From NCBI GenBank assembly GCA_044229845.1, contig JBGASG010000011.1, positions 79,480-143,479 of the forward strand: 64,000 nt of DNA, read 5' to 3'. A program made the translations under genes and the position numbers. Numbering within the stretch: position 1 is the stretch's first letter; the number at the start of each line of letters is the position of its first letter. The DNA is from Candidatus Obscuribacteraceae bacterium. Lineage in GTDB: Bacteria > Cyanobacteriota > Vampirovibrionia > Obscuribacterales > Obscuribacteraceae. This document shows positions 1 to 9,504 of this stretch, in pieces. The notes under the pieces were generated by a model. The model did no database searches. It was given only the letters and a program-made list of their open reading frames with translations, and was not told the DNA's origin.

Positions 1-262
1 GAATAAATGTGGTGATCCAGCCAAAGAGCTGTGCATGCCCATGAGCTTCTACCCAGGCAGCCGAAGCTGCTGAGCTCGACTGACTGTGACTGATGCCCAG
101 AAGGTTCCATACTCCGACCAGGGTTCCTGGAACCAGCATAAAGAAGAGCCCGGTGCCAACATACGACATGAGCAACAAAATCAAATGTTTTTCGCGCAAC
201 AGGAACTCCGGCGCGGAGTTGAGGTGCGATCGGCATTTCTTTGCAGGCAAGCTATGTTGCAT
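1..262 (-). CDS. NnrS-family membrane protein (NO stress), 5' part; runs off the window start
   Basis: Not in the ORF track. Manual translation from ATG 262 gives MQHSLPAKKCRSHLNSAPEFLLREKHLILLLMSYVGTGLFFMLVPGTLVGVWNLLGISHSQSSSAASAAWVEAHGHAQLFGWITTFI. The AHGHAQLFGW motif is typical of NnrS-like proteins. Confidence 0.7.
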   Translation of the reverse strand, partial: MQHSLPAKKCRSHLNSAPEFLLREKHLILLLMSYVGTGLFFMLVPGTLVGVWNLLGISHSQSSSAASAAWVEAHGHAQLFGWITTFI

Positions 263-324
263 TCTAGCGCCATCCGTAAGATATCGAGACACTTTAAAAT
301 ATCCCACGTTATTGCCTTATTTGT

Positions 325-342
325 GTCCATCCTGCGATGGAT
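325..342. promoter_or_regulatory. 7-4-7 palindromic box GTCCATC-CTGC-GATGGAT
   Basis: Member of the recurring box family. Minus-strand TATTTT (301-296) starts 32.5 bp from the box centre, ahead of the nnrS-like gene. Confidence 0.6.
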
Positions 343-366
343 CGACGTCTGCCGCAGGCGGTTTCG

Positions 367-384
367 CTCATCCTAAAGGATGAG
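367..384. promoter_or_regulatory. 7-4-7 palindromic box CTCATCC-TAAA-GGATGAG
   Basis: Perfect palindrome (extends to 9-bp arms) upstream of the nnrS-like gene. Confidence 0.7.
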
Positions 385-427
385 CGGATCTGACAGACAG
401 GCGAGCACCGCCCCACAACAGCGCGCC

Positions 428-1165
428 TTAGCGATTTCGTCTGACATCACACAGTGTATCTGTCATGGCTTGCCTCACGTGTTCGCGAAGCACGCGGAAG
501 TCTCCTCCATAACTTTCGGGATGAACAGGCGGCAAAACCTTTACGGTGATTTTCTGACGGAAGTTGATGCGTTTCGACTGTTTCGAAAAGATCTCATACG
601 TACCATCTACAACTATTGGTACGACTGCGACGTTGCAATCAACTGCAAGCTTGAACGGGCCATCACGAAAGCTACCCAGCTCACTGGTCTCAGATCGCGT
701 CCCTTCAGGAAAAATCAAGATAGAGGCGCCCCGTCGCAGCCACTGCCGGCAGGACTCCATCATCTGCTTGATACTTTTCAGGTCTCCGCGCGCTATTCGA
801 ACATATTGATTGAGCAACATGTTCCATCCGATAAACGGAATGCGCATCACCGATTCTTTCGAAACCCACTTGAAAGGTTTGAAAATACCGTAAAGAACAA
901 AGATATCCCAGAGAGATTGATGATTGGCGACCAGTATGTAAGGGCTCTTGCGCGTATCGATATTGTCCACGCCCTCGAAGGTGCACCGCCAAAAAGGATT
1001 GATCCAGATGTAGTGATGTCCCCACAAGCTGGCCCACATATGAAGGAGTTTGCGATTGCGATCAAACCAGCAAGTGAGCACGCAGATGATTGCTGCGCCC
1101 ACCACAAAGAATGCCGATGACAGGAAAAAGTAGACGGCATAGATATAACTGAGCAATTTGTCCAT
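428..1165 (-). CDS. 1-acyl-sn-glycerol-3-phosphate acyltransferase (LPLAT family)
   Basis: NHQSxxD and FPEGTRS motifs; N-terminal TM helix; start placed at ATG 1165. Confidence 0.88.
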   Translation of the reverse strand: MDKLLSYIYAVYFFLSSAFFVVGAAIICVLTCWFDRNRKLLHMWASLWGHHYIWINPFWRCTFEGVDNIDTRKSPYILVANHQSLWDIFVLYGIFKPFKWVSKESVMRIPFIGWNMLLNQYVRIARGDLKSIKQMMESCRQWLRRGASILIFPEGTRSETSELGSFRDGPFKLAVDCNVAVVPIVVDGTYEIFSKQSKRINFRQKITVKVLPPVHPESYGGDFRVLREHVRQAMTDTLCDVRRNR

Positions 1166-1338
1166 TGCGTAAGCCTTTTGTATGTATCGATCGGTTGCGA
1201 CGATTGGTTGGACGCAGCCCAACGAAAATGTAAGCACTTTTTGTTGCGCAGTTTCTAGTCACCTTTCGGTAACCATTTGTGCGCATGGGGAAAAGCAGGT
1301 TACTATGCTGGCGCAAACAGCGAGGGATAGGTAAAAGA

Positions 1339-2829
1339 ATGCAAGACAATTCGCAGCATCCTGTAGTTATCCAGGGCGGTATGGGAGTTGCAGTTTCAAA
1401 CTGGCGTCTGGCGAAGGCCGTTTCGGAATGCGGACAGCTGGGAGTGGTATCAGGAACGTTTTTAGACAATGTGATGGCGAGACGGTTGCAGGATGGCGAC
1501 CCAGATGGAGCGGTGCGTCGTGCTCTGGAGCACTTCCCGGTCCAAGCAGTGGCAAATAGGATTCTGGAACTCTATTTCATAGATGGTGGCAAGGCGGAGT
1601 CGACACAGTACAAACGTGTTCCGATGCATGGCATGAACGCGCCACAAAACCTGATCGATCTCACTGTGGCGGCCAATTTTGTAGAAGTGTTTCTGGCTAA
1701 AGAAGGACACGACGGACTGGTGGGCATTAACTATCTGACCAAGATCGACTTGCCCACTTTGCCCTCCCTTTACGGTGCCATGCTGGCGGGCGTGGATTAT
1801 GTCTTGATGGGAGCCGGCATACCGAAGGCGATTCCGGCAATTCTCGATCGGCTGAGTGTGCACGAGGCAGTTACTCTAAAGGTAGATGTCGAGGGTGCTG
1901 CCGCCGGTGACATGCACGAATTGTCTTTCGAGCCATCTGCCTACTGTGTGGATCGCTCTCGGCATTTGCGGCGCCCGACATTCCTGGCTATCGTTTCATC
2001 CTTTACGCTCGCCCTTTCGCTGACGAAAAAGGCCAGTGGCAAGGTAGATGGCTTTGTTATAGAACATCATTCAGCCGGCGGACACAATGCTCCACCTCGC
2101 GGCGGCATCACAGTCGACGAGCGCGGTGAGCCTGTTTATGGTCCTAAAGACGAAGTTGATCTGTCCGAATTCCGGAAGCTAGGTTTGCCGTTCTGGGCTG
2201 CCGGTTCATCCGCTTCTTATGAGCAACTGCAAGCGGCGCGAGAAGCCGGGGCACAGGGGGTGCAGGTAGGTACGGCATTTGCTTACTGTCGAGAATCAGG
2301 AATTACAGATAAGCTGAAAGCGCAGGTAATAGCCGACGTTCTTGAGGGCACTGCAGAAGTCTTCACAGACCCGCGTGCTTCATCGTCCGGCTATCCCTTC
2401 AAAATTGTTCAACTCGACGGCTCGTTGTCAGAGGACTCAGTGTACACAAACCGGCGCCGCATCTGCGATCTGGGATATCTGCGCACTGCCTACATAGCCG
2501 AGAACGGGACGGTCGGATTCCGTTGTCCCGGCGAACCCATCGACGATTTTTTGAGGAAGGGCGGACAGCTCAAAGACACCATCGGCAGAAAGTGCCTGTG
2601 CAATGGTTTGATGTCGACAGTCGGACTACCTCAGGTGCAAACGAATGCTTACGAGGAGCCTCCCCTGGTGACCGCCGGCGATACACTTGCTTCGATCAAG
2701 AGCTTCATACCCGCCGGTGCCACTACTTACTGCGCCCGCGATGTGCTGGAAAATCTCCTCGGTTCTTCAGAAGTCTCGGCACCGGTCCGAAGTGGACATC
2801 AGGCTGCTGTAAGCACCGCAGCCGGCTAA
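1339..2829 (+). CDS. Nitronate monooxygenase / FabK-FabX-like FMN enzyme
   Basis: IQGGMGVAVS, AGGHN and GVQVGTAF motifs; C-terminal Cys pattern (CDLG, CPGEP, CLC). Confidence 0.85.
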   Translation: MQDNSQHPVVIQGGMGVAVSNWRLAKAVSECGQLGVVSGTFLDNVMARRLQDGDPDGAVRRALEHFPVQAVANRILELYFIDGGKAESTQYKRVPMHGMNAPQNLIDLTVAANFVEVFLAKEGHDGLVGINYLTKIDLPTLPSLYGAMLAGVDYVLMGAGIPKAIPAILDRLSVHEAVTLKVDVEGAAAGDMHELSFEPSAYCVDRSRHLRRPTFLAIVSSFTLALSLTKKASGKVDGFVIEHHSAGGHNAPPRGGITVDERGEPVYGPKDEVDLSEFRKLGLPFWAAGSSASYEQLQAAREAGAQGVQVGTAFAYCRESGITDKLKAQVIADVLEGTAEVFTDPRASSSGYPFKIVQLDGSLSEDSVYTNRRRICDLGYLRTAYIAENGTVGFRCPGEPIDDFLRKGGQLKDTIGRKCLCNGLMSTVGLPQVQTNAYEEPPLVTAGDTLASIKSFIPAGATTYCARDVLENLLGSSEVSAPVRSGHQAAVSTAAG

Positions 2830-2864
2830 GCTCAGCTTTGTGGAAGGCATAAATACCTCCTTAG

Positions 2865-4334
2865 GTGGAGGCAAGGCGAGCTGAAAAACGCAAAAATGGA
2901 CATTACGCCGAAGAAGGCTTGATGTTTGTGAGCACCGTGTTGTTTCAGCAGATTACAATTGGGAAAAGTCCTGATGAGAGCGTGGACCGCTGGTCACCGC
3001 CTGTAGTTGTGGTTACAGCATTGCTGGTGGCCTTTGCCCTCTTCCTCTCGCTGGAAATCATTGAGCAGAGTTTGTTCGCTGAGCTCACGAGAAACCAGCT
3101 GCGAGCTTTTCACTTCCTGCGTGGATTTATAGCCACCGCCGGTGGCATGTTTTTCACATGGATGATAATGCGGAGAAAGGAAGCCCAGCTGGTTGCGCTG
3201 CGCAATAGTGTTGAACAGACGCTGTCGATCAGAACGGCGGAGCTGAATGAAGTCCTGCATTCGCAAGAGCAACAGCGCATGAAGCTGGATGCCATTCTGG
3301 CATCTATGGCAGAAGCGCTCATTGAAGTAAACAAAGAAGGACTGATCCAATCAGTCAACGACGAGTTCGAGCGCAAACTCGGAATTGAACGAAAGGATGT
3401 AATTGGTCGGACAGCGTCCGAGTTCTTTCTCCAATTCGCTGCGTCGCCAAGTGAGACATCTCTTGCGCAAGCATCGCTCGAATGGAACAAACCCCGCACG
3501 GGCACAGCGACCTATGAGCGTCACTACGGACAGCGTCTGGTATTTCACTGGGCGTGCTCTCCTATACGAATCAATGCGCAAACAGTGGGAGCAGTAGTCA
3601 CACTGGTCGATCTCACCGAGCGTTGCCGCCTGCAGGATGATTTGTCCTGCCAGAGAGAAGACTTTTTGGGCGTGATTAATCATCGGCTTCGTACACCCGT
3701 TTTGGCCAATATTCGTGCCAACGTATTGTTGCTGGAAGATGCCTTCGGAGCTCTCAGTGACCAACAACGCCAGCTTGTAGAGGCTATGCGCGATAACAGC
3801 GAAGATATCGATCGACTCCTGACCATGCTGGTAGATATCTATCGCTATAAGAATAATCACAAGCAGTTGCAGAAAGAAATACATTCGGCCAAGACTCTCA
3901 TAGAGAATTCGCTGCGCCGTATTCAAGCAAAGGTGCGGCAGCGGAACTTTACCCTTTCGGTAACTCTACCTGCGGATGACCTGCTAGTGGCAGTCGATGA
4001 GCAAGAGTTCCTGAAACTACTTGGACATTTAGCGGACAATGCAGCCAAACATGCTCGCTCCAAAATATCCATTTCGGCACACCTTGACGATGAGCAAGTG
4101 CACATCGTCGTTGAAGACGATGGGGCGGGCATATCTGCGGAGGATATTCCGAGGTTGTTTAACCGTTTCTATCAAGTCTCAGCCAGCGGCAGCCATTCAG
4201 CGGTGACAGGTACGGGCCTTTGTCTGTGTGCTGAGATTGCCCGCGCTCACAACGGCAGGCTCTCGTGCAGCAGCGAGCCGAACCTTGGCACCCGTTTTAC
4301 CGTGACGTTGAGAACAGCCGGCACAGGTGTCTGA
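2865..4334 (+). CDS. Membrane PAS sensor histidine kinase
   Basis: Two TM helices, PAS domain, H-box NHRLRTP, N box (DNAAKH), DDGAGI and GTGLCL boxes. Start uncertain (2865 or 2922). Confidence 0.85.
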   Translation: MEARRAEKRKNGHYAEEGLMFVSTVLFQQITIGKSPDESVDRWSPPVVVVTALLVAFALFLSLEIIEQSLFAELTRNQLRAFHFLRGFIATAGGMFFTWMIMRRKEAQLVALRNSVEQTLSIRTAELNEVLHSQEQQRMKLDAILASMAEALIEVNKEGLIQSVNDEFERKLGIERKDVIGRTASEFFLQFAASPSETSLAQASLEWNKPRTGTATYERHYGQRLVFHWACSPIRINAQTVGAVVTLVDLTERCRLQDDLSCQREDFLGVINHRLRTPVLANIRANVLLLEDAFGALSDQQRQLVEAMRDNSEDIDRLLTMLVDIYRYKNNHKQLQKEIHSAKTLIENSLRRIQAKVRQRNFTLSVTLPADDLLVAVDEQEFLKLLGHLADNAAKHARSKISISAHLDDEQVHIVVEDDGAGISAEDIPRLFNRFYQVSASGSHSAVTGTGLCLCAEIARAHNGRLSCSSEPNLGTRFTVTLRTAGTGV

Positions 4335-4335
4335 G

Positions 4336-4665
4336 CTACTTGGTCTCAGACTCTTTCAGCACGTCATCCACCCAGGACAGCGTGGCCATCATAGCTGGGA
4401 AGCCAATGGTAGTGACGGACAGCAATACGCAATGGCGAATTTCGGCGGGCGTAACACCGGCTTCCAGGGCGCGCCGACAATGAGAATGGACAGCCCCTTC
4501 CATACGAGCACCAGATGCGATACCAAGCTTAACGAGGGCGCTGTCGCGCGCAGTTAACGGACCAGCGGCGCGCACGGACTTACCGAGTGCATCGTAGGCT
4601 GAAAAAACTTCAGGGTAATCGCGTTGAAATTGGAGGTAACGCCCCGGCAGCTTCAGCCCGCTCAT
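4336..4665 (-). CDS. Carboxymuconolactone decarboxylase / AhpD-like protein
   Basis: AGPL...EGAVHSH..RALEAG...EI pattern; GGAGG SD before ATG 4665. Confidence 0.85.
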   Translation of the reverse strand: MSGLKLPGRYLQFQRDYPEVFSAYDALGKSVRAAGPLTARDSALVKLGIASGARMEGAVHSHCRRALEAGVTPAEIRHCVLLSVTTIGFPAMMATLSWVDDVLKESETK

Positions 4666-4683
4666 GTCAATTTCCTCCGTCAA

Positions 4684-4701
4684 TTCGTCCGTCCGGTGAA
4701 T
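4684..4701. promoter_or_regulatory. 7-4-7 box TTCGTCC-GTCC-GGTGAAT
   Basis: Degenerate match in the CMD/HxlR divergent spacer. Confidence 0.4.
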
Positions 4702-4802
4702 ATACCACGACGGGGCGAACACCGAGATCAGTCTCCGGACTGATGCCGAAAGACTGCCGATTGGCTACTGTTCTAATGTGAAAGCTAAGAGCTACAAATG
4801 TA

Positions 4803-5300
4803 ATGCAGCCATTGAAAACCATACCCTGTCCGATCACACTGGTTATCGACCACATAAGTGCAAAATGGACGGTGGAGATTTTACGCGAAATAGCATTGGG
4901 TCCGGTTCGTACGCGCCGATTCCTTGTTCATATTCCGGGCATCAGTATGAAGAGCCTGCGACAGAGGTTGCAGTCCATGGAAGATGCTGGACTGGTCAAG
5001 AGAACGCAGTATGAAGGTCGCCCTTTGAAAGTCGAGTACAGCATCACTGAAAGGGGTAAGCAACTGTTTGATATCTTCGCCGCCATGAAAAGGCTCGGCG
5101 ATCAGTGGACAGGGTCTACCTGCGTGTGCTCCTTCGAGACGTGCGGCGATGCTCAATGCGCATCACGTCTTTTGTGTCCCCACCGGCGCGAACGCACCAG
5201 GCAGCGTGGCCCGTGCTCTCTTTCCCAGCCGGACTATCCCGACCATCCGAACGAGTCATCAGACCTGGGCGAAGGTCCGGGTTGCTCAGGGTGCATCTGA
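4803..5300 (+). CDS. HxlR-family winged-helix regulator with Cys-rich tail
   Basis: CPI..I..KW, IPGIS.K.L..RL and P.KVEYS.TERG motifs. Confidence 0.85.
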   Translation: MQPLKTIPCPITLVIDHISAKWTVEILREIALGPVRTRRFLVHIPGISMKSLRQRLQSMEDAGLVKRTQYEGRPLKVEYSITERGKQLFDIFAAMKRLGDQWTGSTCVCSFETCGDAQCASRLLCPHRRERTRQRGPCSLSQPDYPDHPNESSDLGEGPGCSGCI

Positions 5301-5316
5301 GATTCTCAATGTAGCC

Positions 5317-6771
5317 TCAAATATCGAAATTGATCGGAGCAAACTCCTTGTCGGAGCATATAGTGGGCGTGCTCGCGCTCCGGTCATCAGTATTTTGTCT
5401 GAACTGAGCCTGGAAAAAGCGCAAGGTCTCCGGCTCGAAGGTCATTGAGAGTCCTGGAATTTGTTCCGCAGTTTCACAGCACCGTTCAACGGCATATGCG
5501 ACCAGATCCATATGGGATTGCGTATAGACGCGACGAGGAATCGCTAGACGCACCAGCTCCAGTTTAGGATAAATATGATCACCTGTGACTTTGCAACGTC
5601 CGGCTGAGACGACTCCACGCTCCATGCCTCGAATGCCCGAATCCACATAGAGAGCCGCGGCCAGGCTCTGAGCTGGAAATTCGCTTTGCGAAAGATGTGG
5701 CAGAATCTGTGCAGCATCGAGATAGACCGCGTGTCCACCGATCGGAAGCACGACGGGCACACCAGCCCTCTTGAGCTTCTCTCCCAGGTATTGAACCTGT
5801 CTTATGCGCGCGCCCAGATGTGCATCATCAACAGCTTCTTCAATGCCGCGCGCCATAGCTTCCATGTCGCGTCCCGACATGCCGCCGTACGTATGCAAGC
5901 CTTCATAGACCACCGCCATCGCGCAGGCTCTCTCGTACAAGCGTCCATCTCGCAGAGCCAAGAATCCGCCAATGTTGACGAGCAGGTCCTTCTTCCCGGA
6001 CATAGTACAAGCATCGGTCAAGGCGCATATCTGTCTCAGGATTTCCGCACAACTTACATTGTGATACCCCGGCTCTCGTTGTTGAATGAACCAGGCATTT
6101 TCCATCGCGCGTGTCGCATCGAGCACCACTCTGATGCCATGGTTTTCGCACACTCTGCGTACCGCCCGCAGATTCGACAGCGAGAATGGTTGGCCGCCGG
6201 CCATGTTGACGCAGGCTTGCACATTGATATACGGGATGCGTTCGGAACCGACGCGATCGATCAGCGCCTCGAGCTTATCGATGTCGATGTTTCCTTTGAA
6301 CAGATGCTCGCTGGTAGGGTCGTGGGCCTGATCGATGATTACGTCTTCGAAACTTCCCCCGGCGATTTCTTGATGAGCACGGGTGGTAGTGAAATACATG
6401 TTGCCGGGGATGACGTCGCCGGCTTTAATCAGGAGTTGCGAGAGAATGTGCTCAGCGCCGCGCCCCTGATGTGTGGGCAGCACAAATTCATAGCCGTAGT
6501 ATCTGCGCACGGCGCGTTCCAGATTGTAGAAATTGCGAGACCCCGCATACGCCTCGTCGCCGAGCATCATGCCGGACCACTGATAATCGCTCATTGCAGC
6601 AGTGCCACTGTCTGTCAATAAGTCGATGTAGACATCTTCCGAACGCAAGAGAAACGTGTTGTAATATGCAGCGGCAATAGCGGCTTCGCGAAACTCACGG
6701 GTGGTTTGCTTGAGCGGCTCCACCATTTTAATTTTGTAGGGCTCCGCATACGGTACTACATCTTGAGTCAT
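5317..6771 (-). CDS. tpl: Tyrosine phenol-lyase
   Basis: DLLTDSGT and SGKKD (PLP Lys); TPL-type signatures GNMYFTTT, ERGVVSAGR and LRFF. ATGA overlap with the upstream gene. Confidence 0.85.
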   Translation of the reverse strand: MTQDVVPYAEPYKIKMVEPLKQTTREFREAAIAAAYYNTFLLRSEDVYIDLLTDSGTAAMSDYQWSGMMLGDEAYAGSRNFYNLERAVRRYYGYEFVLPTHQGRGAEHILSQLLIKAGDVIPGNMYFTTTRAHQEIAGGSFEDVIIDQAHDPTSEHLFKGNIDIDKLEALIDRVGSERIPYINVQACVNMAGGQPFSLSNLRAVRRVCENHGIRVVLDATRAMENAWFIQQREPGYHNVSCAEILRQICALTDACTMSGKKDLLVNIGGFLALRDGRLYERACAMAVVYEGLHTYGGMSGRDMEAMARGIEEAVDDAHLGARIRQVQYLGEKLKRAGVPVVLPIGGHAVYLDAAQILPHLSQSEFPAQSLAAALYVDSGIRGMERGVVSAGRCKVTGDHIYPKLELVRLAIPRRVYTQSHMDLVAYAVERCCETAEQIPGLSMTFEPETLRFFQAQFRQNTDDRSASTPTICSDKEFAPINFDI

Positions 6772-8204
6772 TGATTCCGTCCCCTCGTTGTTCCTTGTGG
6801 TTTTCCTTTTACCGGCATGTGCACGCTGCGATCGCCCGCCTCCTTGCACTCAACTTTGCCTGCAGGTTCAAAATCAGCTGTGAAATGACGCAGCGGCCCG
6901 CTCTCGTTATTGGCGATTGAGAATCCGCGAATCTGGTCTCGTCGGTGAAAGACATTGATAATGGCCTCTGCCACATAGTCATAGTGTGACTCGCTGTATA
7001 CACGCCTTGGCAGCGCCAGGCGCACCAGCTCCTGACGAGGTGAGGTTTCTCCGCCCAGCATAACCGTACCGATTTCGCAGGCACGGACACCGGCCTCCAG
7101 ATACAGCTCGCATACCAGCGCCTGTCCAGGTAGTTGGGCGCGCTCTAAATGAGGTAAAAACTCCAGGGCGTCAAGATATACGGCATGCATCGCTGGTGGT
7201 GTCAGAGTCGGGACATCGTTGGCAACCAGTTGCTCCGCCAGGTGCTTTGCTGTTTCCCACCTGTGAGACAGGTATTCCAGATCTGTCACTTCGTCGAAGC
7301 CGACTGCAATTGTTTCCAGATCGCGGCCGCTCAACCCGCCATAGGTTGGAAATCCTTCTGAAACAATCAGGCTTTGCTTGAGAGCTTCCGTCAGCTGTGC
7401 ATCGCGTAGAGCGATCAGTCCACCCGTGTTGGCTATACCGTCTTTTTTTGCGGACATGAGACAACCGGCGGCTGGTTTCATCAGTGCGCCAACAATTTCC
7501 TTTATAGTGTGATGGCGAAATGCCGGATCTCTGAGAAACACCAGATAGGCATTTTCGACGCAGCGCGCCGCGTCTATATACAGCTCTTTGCCGAATGAAT
7601 TCAGCAGTTTCGCGGTCGCCAGTACATTGTCGTACGATACAGGTTGTCCGGCACAAGCATTGTTAGTCAAAGTCAACATGCCGAAGGGTACTCGCTCCGG
7701 CTGATCTCTTAAGAGTTGTCTGAGCCTCTCCAGGTCGATGTTGCCGCGAAACAGCAAAGAATCAGCTTCAGCATTTTCAACCGGCAGGTCGCAAGGTATA
7801 CCTGATAACCGCTGGATGTTCGCCCTAGTGGTATCAAAGTGAGTATTGCTGGGAATGATGTCTCCGCAGCGGACTTTCGCACCGAAGAAGAGACGCTCGG
7901 CCGCCCGCCCCTGATGGACCGGCAGGATATGCGGAAAGCCCAGAAGGTCTTGTGCGGCCCGCTCGAACTTGAAGAAGCTGGTGGCGCCGGCGTACGACTC
8001 GTCAGCCGACATAAGCGCCGACCACTGTGCAGCCGACATTGCCGACGTACCGCTGTCGGTGAGCAGGTCGACGATCACGTCTTCTGCTCGGAGCTTAAAC
8101 AGGTTGTATCCAGCAGTCCTTAGCAGTCTCGCCCGCTCCTCCTTGCTGGTAAATTTAATCGGCTCAGTAACTTTGACCCGGTAAGGTTCAATCACCGTCT
8201 TCAC
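6768..8204 (-). CDS. tnaA: Tryptophanase
   Basis: DLLTDSGT and SAKKD; tryptophanase-type NTHFDTT, EIG and LRHFTA. Start placed at GTG 8204 with GAGG SD. Confidence 0.82.
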   Translation of the reverse strand: MKTVIEPYRVKVTEPIKFTSKEERARLLRTAGYNLFKLRAEDVIVDLLTDSGTSAMSAAQWSALMSADESYAGATSFFKFERAAQDLLGFPHILPVHQGRAAERLFFGAKVRCGDIIPSNTHFDTTRANIQRLSGIPCDLPVENAEADSLLFRGNIDLERLRQLLRDQPERVPFGMLTLTNNACAGQPVSYDNVLATAKLLNSFGKELYIDAARCVENAYLVFLRDPAFRHHTIKEIVGALMKPAAGCLMSAKKDGIANTGGLIALRDAQLTEALKQSLIVSEGFPTYGGLSGRDLETIAVGFDEVTDLEYLSHRWETAKHLAEQLVANDVPTLTPPAMHAVYLDALEFLPHLERAQLPGQALVCELYLEAGVRACEIGTVMLGGETSPRQELVRLALPRRVYSESHYDYVAEAIINVFHRRDQIRGFSIANNESGPLRHFTADFEPAGKVECKEAGDRSVHMPVKGKPQGTTRGRNQ

Positions 8205-8259
8205 AAGAAACCTCAAGATATCCTGTGAGGAATTTTCGCGCAATAAGCCATTTGTGGCG

Positions 8260-8277
8260 ATCATCTGAAAGGTGGAT
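8260..8277. promoter_or_regulatory. 7-4-7 box ATCATCT-GAAA-GGTGGAT
   Basis: Located in the tnaA/TPR divergent spacer. Confidence 0.65.
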
Positions 8278-8357
8278 TCCTCCAGGTAACCATCCTCGGA
8301 CATACAGAATGAGGTTGATGTTGAGTCGCCGGCGGGTTGGAGATACTTGGAATAAGT

Positions 8358-9368
8358 ATGCTCCCGCTTACGGTGATCAACATGGCAACGGATAGAAACT
8401 TGAGTCATATCTGGAGTGCTTACGTAGCCTCCGGCAAGAAAGCCTATGAACGAGGTGAACTCGATGAGGCAGAACAAGAACTGGTGGAAAATCTCGAGCA
8501 GCTTGAGCACATAGTGCACGATCGGCAGGTGGTCATCTCGGAGGTCCTTTTCCAGCTTGCCAATGTTTGCCGCGACAAGGAGAAATTCGGATCGGCAGAG
8601 AGGCATTATGAACGGGCGCTGCGCGTCAGGAAGGAAGAGTCCGGCGAACTGGGAACTCTGCCCATACTCGAGCAGCTGAGCCTGTGTTTCAATGTGCAGT
8701 GCGAATATGAAAAGGCTTATCAAACCGAAAAGTGCATCTTTAAACTCGAAGCCCTTCACGGCGTCCAAGATGCCAGAGATGGACATTGTCTCCTTCGTAT
8801 AGGCATACTGTGCTTGCTGCGCAACCAGACAGACGAAGCGGCAGACAATTTCAGGCGCTATGTGCGCTCGATGGAAAAGACGCAGCCGGCAACAGATGCG
8901 ACATTGCTGACGGCTCGGGAATTACTTGCACAATGCCTGTACCAGGCTGGCGACTCCGCTGAATCAGAAAAACAATATCGGCAACTATTGCAAGCAAAGC
9001 AGTCCGGACCGGGGTCCGATGACGATCAGACACGAAGGGTGCTGAACGGGTTAGGGCTTGCTTTGTGCGCGCAGGGGAAACATACTGATGGACAGCCTCT
9101 TTGCCAGCGCGCTTTGCAAATTGGGGAGAAAACAGGCGGTGACTGCGGGTTGAATGAACTAGCGGATGTGTTTTGTGAGCAGGGCCAATTCGCAGAAGCC
9201 AGACCGCTTTGCGAAGCTGCCCATGATGCCGCCTGTGGTTCTTACAAACAATCGCCCGTTCAGGCGCTTGAGAGGCACGCAACTATGCTCGAGTCGGTCG
9301 GTATGACCGCCCATGCTGAGAAGTTAAGGAAGAGAGCGGCTTCTCTGACCAGCGCTCTGGTCGTGTAA
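8358..9368 (+). CDS. Tetratricopeptide repeat protein
   Basis: Repeated TPR-like helices (AERHYERAL, LCQRALQI). Start uncertain (8358 or 8382). Confidence 0.75.
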   Translation: MLPLTVINMATDRNLSHIWSAYVASGKKAYERGELDEAEQELVENLEQLEHIVHDRQVVISEVLFQLANVCRDKEKFGSAERHYERALRVRKEESGELGTLPILEQLSLCFNVQCEYEKAYQTEKCIFKLEALHGVQDARDGHCLLRIGILCLLRNQTDEAADNFRRYVRSMEKTQPATDATLLTARELLAQCLYQAGDSAESEKQYRQLLQAKQSGPGSDDDQTRRVLNGLGLALCAQGKHTDGQPLCQRALQIGEKTGGDCGLNELADVFCEQGQFAEARPLCEAAHDAACGSYKQSPVQALERHATMLESVGMTAHAEKLRKRAASLTSALVV

Positions 9369-9444
9369 GATTCGCGACACCCGATTAAAGCAGCGCCACC
9401 TGTCTTATCCAACAGAATGCGCTGCTGAGATTGGGAGCTGAAGG

Positions 9445-9470
9445 CGAGCCCGAGCAAATGTTCGGGCTCG
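9445..9470. terminator. Hairpin between convergent genes
   Basis: CGAGCCCGAGC-AAAT-GTTCGGGCTCG. Confidence 0.5.
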
Positions 9471-9504
9471 TCGCTTTGCTCGTGCGTTTTGCGGACGAAA
9501 GGGC

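Noticed and set aside
8205..8786. 194-aa N-terminal extension of tryptophanase in the ORF track
   Set aside because: It overlaps the TPR gene antisense and the promoter box; homology and the SD point to GTG 8204.
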